NCBI GenBank assembly: GCA_973895155.1
Contig: OZ316892.1
Span: forward strand, 29,022,932-29,086,931
Origin: Marsupella aquatica
Taxonomy: Eukaryota; Plantae; Marchantiophyta
DNA: 64,000 nucleotides
Direction of reading: 5' to 3'
The notes below the pieces were generated by a model that was not told where the DNA came from, did not search any database, and saw only the letters and a list, made by a program, of their open reading frames with translations. The translations under genes were made by a program, and so were the position numbers. Below are positions 60,728-64,000 of the stretch, one piece after another. How positions within the stretch are numbered: position 1 is the stretch's first letter; each line of letters starts with the position of its first letter.

Positions 60728-62659
60728 GTGTCTGTTCCTAATGTTCACAACCCCAACCTCATTACTGCATGTCGTGTTTGTTTTGCAGCTTCTACTTGCC
60801 CGAACATGTCGCATGTAGGGGGACGATGTGGCTCAGGACATCACATTGATACGCCGCCGACTCGGAAGTCTACCCTATGGCAAAACAAGTTGAAAGTTTT
60901 GTTAAAAGAGCCCCAAACAGAAACCGAGTCGGAAGAAGATATTTTGCCTCCTTCTAAGCCTAGGAGACCCTCACGTCGTTCTTTGGTCAAGTTACCATCC
61001 TTGAAGTCTGCGGCCGCTGACAAAGCACCTCATACCCGGGTTACTCGGCAAAGTATGTATAAGGATAGACACAATGAAGGCCGAAGAATAGCGTCTACTT
61101 CAAGAGCCCACGCCAAGAAGGCGTCAAAGGATTGCATTGACAACGATGTCATGCAAATAACTTATGAAGGTGATGATTCAGAAGAGTTTCCAGACAGCAG
61201 CGAAACGGAACATGGAGGACCGATCTCATGGAGAACTGCATACAAGGTCGATTCGACTAAGGTGAATTCTTTATGGATTGTGGGACCCAATGTTGGGCTT
61301 CACTTCACTTTTCAAATTGTCTGCCGCTATCCAATTATGCCATGACACCACCGTGCCATGCTCACTCAGATAATTCATTGCAGGTAGCAAAGCAGAAGGC
61401 TCAACATGGCAGTGCAGTGGAGGGCAAGCATTATACCTTGTTTGCAAACGCAGTGGTTTGCAAAGTTGCACCTTGCAGAAATCGAGTTTTTAAAATAGAG
61501 AGGACCTTTGGCAACCATGTATTCAAAAAGCATGGGCTGATATCAACTGGGACTTCTATGTCCTTGTATGCCCTTGACAGGGAGTCCGAACAAAGACGTC
61601 AAGTCTACAATGCAAGGAGGAGGAAGCAGCCAGGCGCGGTTGTCTGCACTTCATACTATGAGGCCAGGGGATCCATGAGAGCTAGGTGGAGCCAAGCAAA
61701 GTATAGCACCATGAGGTAAATCTGATTCAAATTACTCATCCAACAAAGTGTACAATGTCAGTTGTGTAACATTTCCGACATGATTTACACTAATGTCTCT
61801 CGACTTGTGTAAGATGCATTTCTGACATGAATCGCTCTATTGCCATTCTGGATTTTCTTCTCATGCAGGGCCAGTATATTCAAACGCTGGGTGACTAATT
61901 TTGAAGAGAACCTCCTCAAACATCCTCGTCCAATTGTGACAGAGGAAGGATTACTCATTACCGTGCTGAAGCATGTCATGCCTAGTCTTGGTTACGACCC
62001 TTGGAATAGTTTGTTGATAGTGAAAGATTTCTCTCAAGTAGTGGAGTTGTTGTCTTTATGCCAGTCATGATTGTGTTATGCCCGAGGCGAACCAAGGAGG
62101 GAATGATGTTGGGAATGATGTGGAGAATCATGGCTTGGAATTGGCTCATGACATTCATCATTTTTCTGCTTCTGTTGGATTATGCTCGTTGTCACAATTG
62201 CCGCTCCAGGACAAACAAGCCAAACTATCGGATGTAGTGAGTGAAGGGCTTGCAGCAATGGTCCAGGATAGCTGCATCCTGGAAGATGTTCTTTGTCCTG
62301 TGGGGGGAAATTCTGCACTATCACATGTTCCACCCTCAATTGTGGTGTCAGAACACCAGCCCCCACCCGATACTACAACATTTCTGGATGGCCTGTGTGG
62401 TAATGTGCAACCGTTGTCCGCAACTAGTCAGGTTTGGAAGATTCTAGATGAAATGGCTGAAGGCATTGATAGTATACTTCGACAACCGATGCTACCCTCG
62501 GACATGGAACTTGATCTATTTCCAAGTTGCCCGGCCTTGTCCTCTGAATGTGGCGAGCTTGTACCTCATGTGGGCAATGCAAATCCGCTGCCTGATTGTC
62601 CTCAAGATGTCGTGCTTCAACTAGGGAGTAGTAGTGGTAGTGGTGACAATGATTTCTGA
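60728..62659 (+). CDS. Probable spliced TE-associated gene with a C2H2-type zinc finger
   Basis: Consecutive + strand ORFs with GT-AG-like junctions. CKVAPCRNRVFKIERTFGNHVFKKH near 61460-61530. Exon structure not resolved. Confidence 0.4.
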
Positions 62660-62823
62660 ACTGTCTCGACATTCCTTATGCAATCTGCAGAACTGTGCAA
62701 ATGTTGTACATGGTGCTCTTGGCATATATAAAGCATTTGTAGCTTCATCAACTTTTGAGACATGCCATTTTATTCGCAATGTATTTGTTGGACCTCATAA
62801 AGTGTCATGATACTGTTATCATA

Positions 62824-63965
62824 TTAATTAGCAGGGCCAAAACCAATCCGCGCCTCGTGTACAAATTGTGTCTTGCATGCAGTGTTGGAAATTGGTACCA
62901 ATTCAGGTTGAAAGCTTTTGATTAAATGCCCGATTAATTGAGATGCCCCACCTGATTGTACAGAACAGGAGAAGCCAAGTACCATAACCATTGTCCCGAA
63001 TGAGGATCCCAAACCTTTAACACTTCGACCCAGTGGATGTACAAGATTGAATAAATCTGGAATGCTCAGCTAGAACATCCTGGTATTCATTTGCGGAATC
63101 CATGACTGCGAAGCATAAACCGGTAAATTGCAGTGTGGGATAGTCACCGATAGCACATTGATAAAAAAAGGGACCAAAGTAGCGCAGGTACATCATAGAA
63201 TGAAAATGCCCACAGGACTTTATTGATGGTTGAAACATTGTATAATGAAAACTTGCAACATTATGTGCGGTGTTAATAATGTAAACTAATCTGATATAGA
63301 CACAATCTTGCCATCCGGTATTGAGGTGGGAGCAGTAATATCGCGTTTGGCACCAGCAGAGAAGGCATCCAAAAGTTGAGCGAAATTGGGAGACATTGCC
63401 CATGTTTGGCTACATCCAATTTGAATGCTACCAATAACTTGGGATTGCCGCAGAGTCAGAGGTTGACTTAACACTAACGATTGCGAGCAAGCTTTGGCCA
63501 CTTCATGAGCAGGGTACGGTGGAGCAGCGCGACTCTTTCTTTGTTTTAATGGTTGCTGCGTACGCTCATTGGTGGTGGATCCTTGCATTCTTGCACCCGC
63601 CTTGGAGTTATTGGTCCTTCCCCGTGGTTTCTTTGGCGGTCCCGGTGTGTCTCGAACAGACCCTGCACTCGACGAGACCACAACTAAATATGCAGTGACA
63701 TGAATCCCGGAATGCCATTGAAATTACCAAAAGGCAACTCACCTTCTTCTGAGTGGATCGCCCGTGATGTGAAATCTTTATCGTTCACTGCATCCAACAT
63801 GCCCTGCAGGGCATCGACAACAAGCTTGTCAAATTTTCCTTGGAATGATACGGGTCTGCCCTTTTTCTTGATTAGCAATTTTTTGGGGGCACTTTGTTGC
63901 ATTATTGGGGCGTTGGCGTCCGTTGGATCCTTCAGGATTTGTTTCCTCTTCTGCCTCCCCTTCAT
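62824..63965 (-). pseudogene. Degraded coding sequence of unknown type, running toward the right edge
   Basis: Chain of adjacent minus-strand ORF fragments (63684-63965, 63286-63681, 63017-63403, 62824-63012) broken by stops and shifts. Confidence 0.3.
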
Positions 63966-64000
63966 GACTTTGTCAACCCATCCAGGTTTGGGGGCGGTAG

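Noticed and set aside
62824-63403. Possible Ulp1-like protease
   Set aside because: No convincing His-Asp-Cys motif order (HW...DS...Q.N..DCG) in a single frame.

Overview
Eukaryotic land-plant genomic DNA with spliced GT-AG genes. The gene and TE types suggest a bryophyte or liverwort, but that is inference. The window is dominated by nested transposable elements, with three intact-looking host genes: a DOG1-domain gene (41862-44605 +), a 2OG-Fe(II) dioxygenase (49657-52405 +) and REV7/MAD2L2 (53026-54539 -). Mobile content: a decayed DUF7869/Sola-like transposase split by a 1.08-kb TIR element; a very young full-length Ty1/copia (8055-14657, 475-bp LTRs that look identical, TGGTT TSD) with a related solo LTR; two ~3.9-kb TG...CA elements encoding coiled-coil proteins but no gag/pol; a truncated retroposon in an intron; and an RPA-like OB-fold region that may belong to a Helitron. 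The most interesting feature is a 10.5-kb CACTA/En-Spm element (21599-32105; CACAACTA termini, TTG TSD) inserted into the last codons of an intronless PABP retrocopy. It carries an intact SET-domain exon inside the first intron of its transposase gene. The first exon (His/Arg-rich tract plus Zn-binding transposase-associated domain) can splice in frame to either the SET exon or the transposase exons. Most of its non-coding segments are packed with ACGACGT/ACGTCGT motifs. Together these suggest a transposon-encoded chromatin-modifying or anti-silencing system. All calls come from reading the sequence and recognising motifs; no database searches were run.
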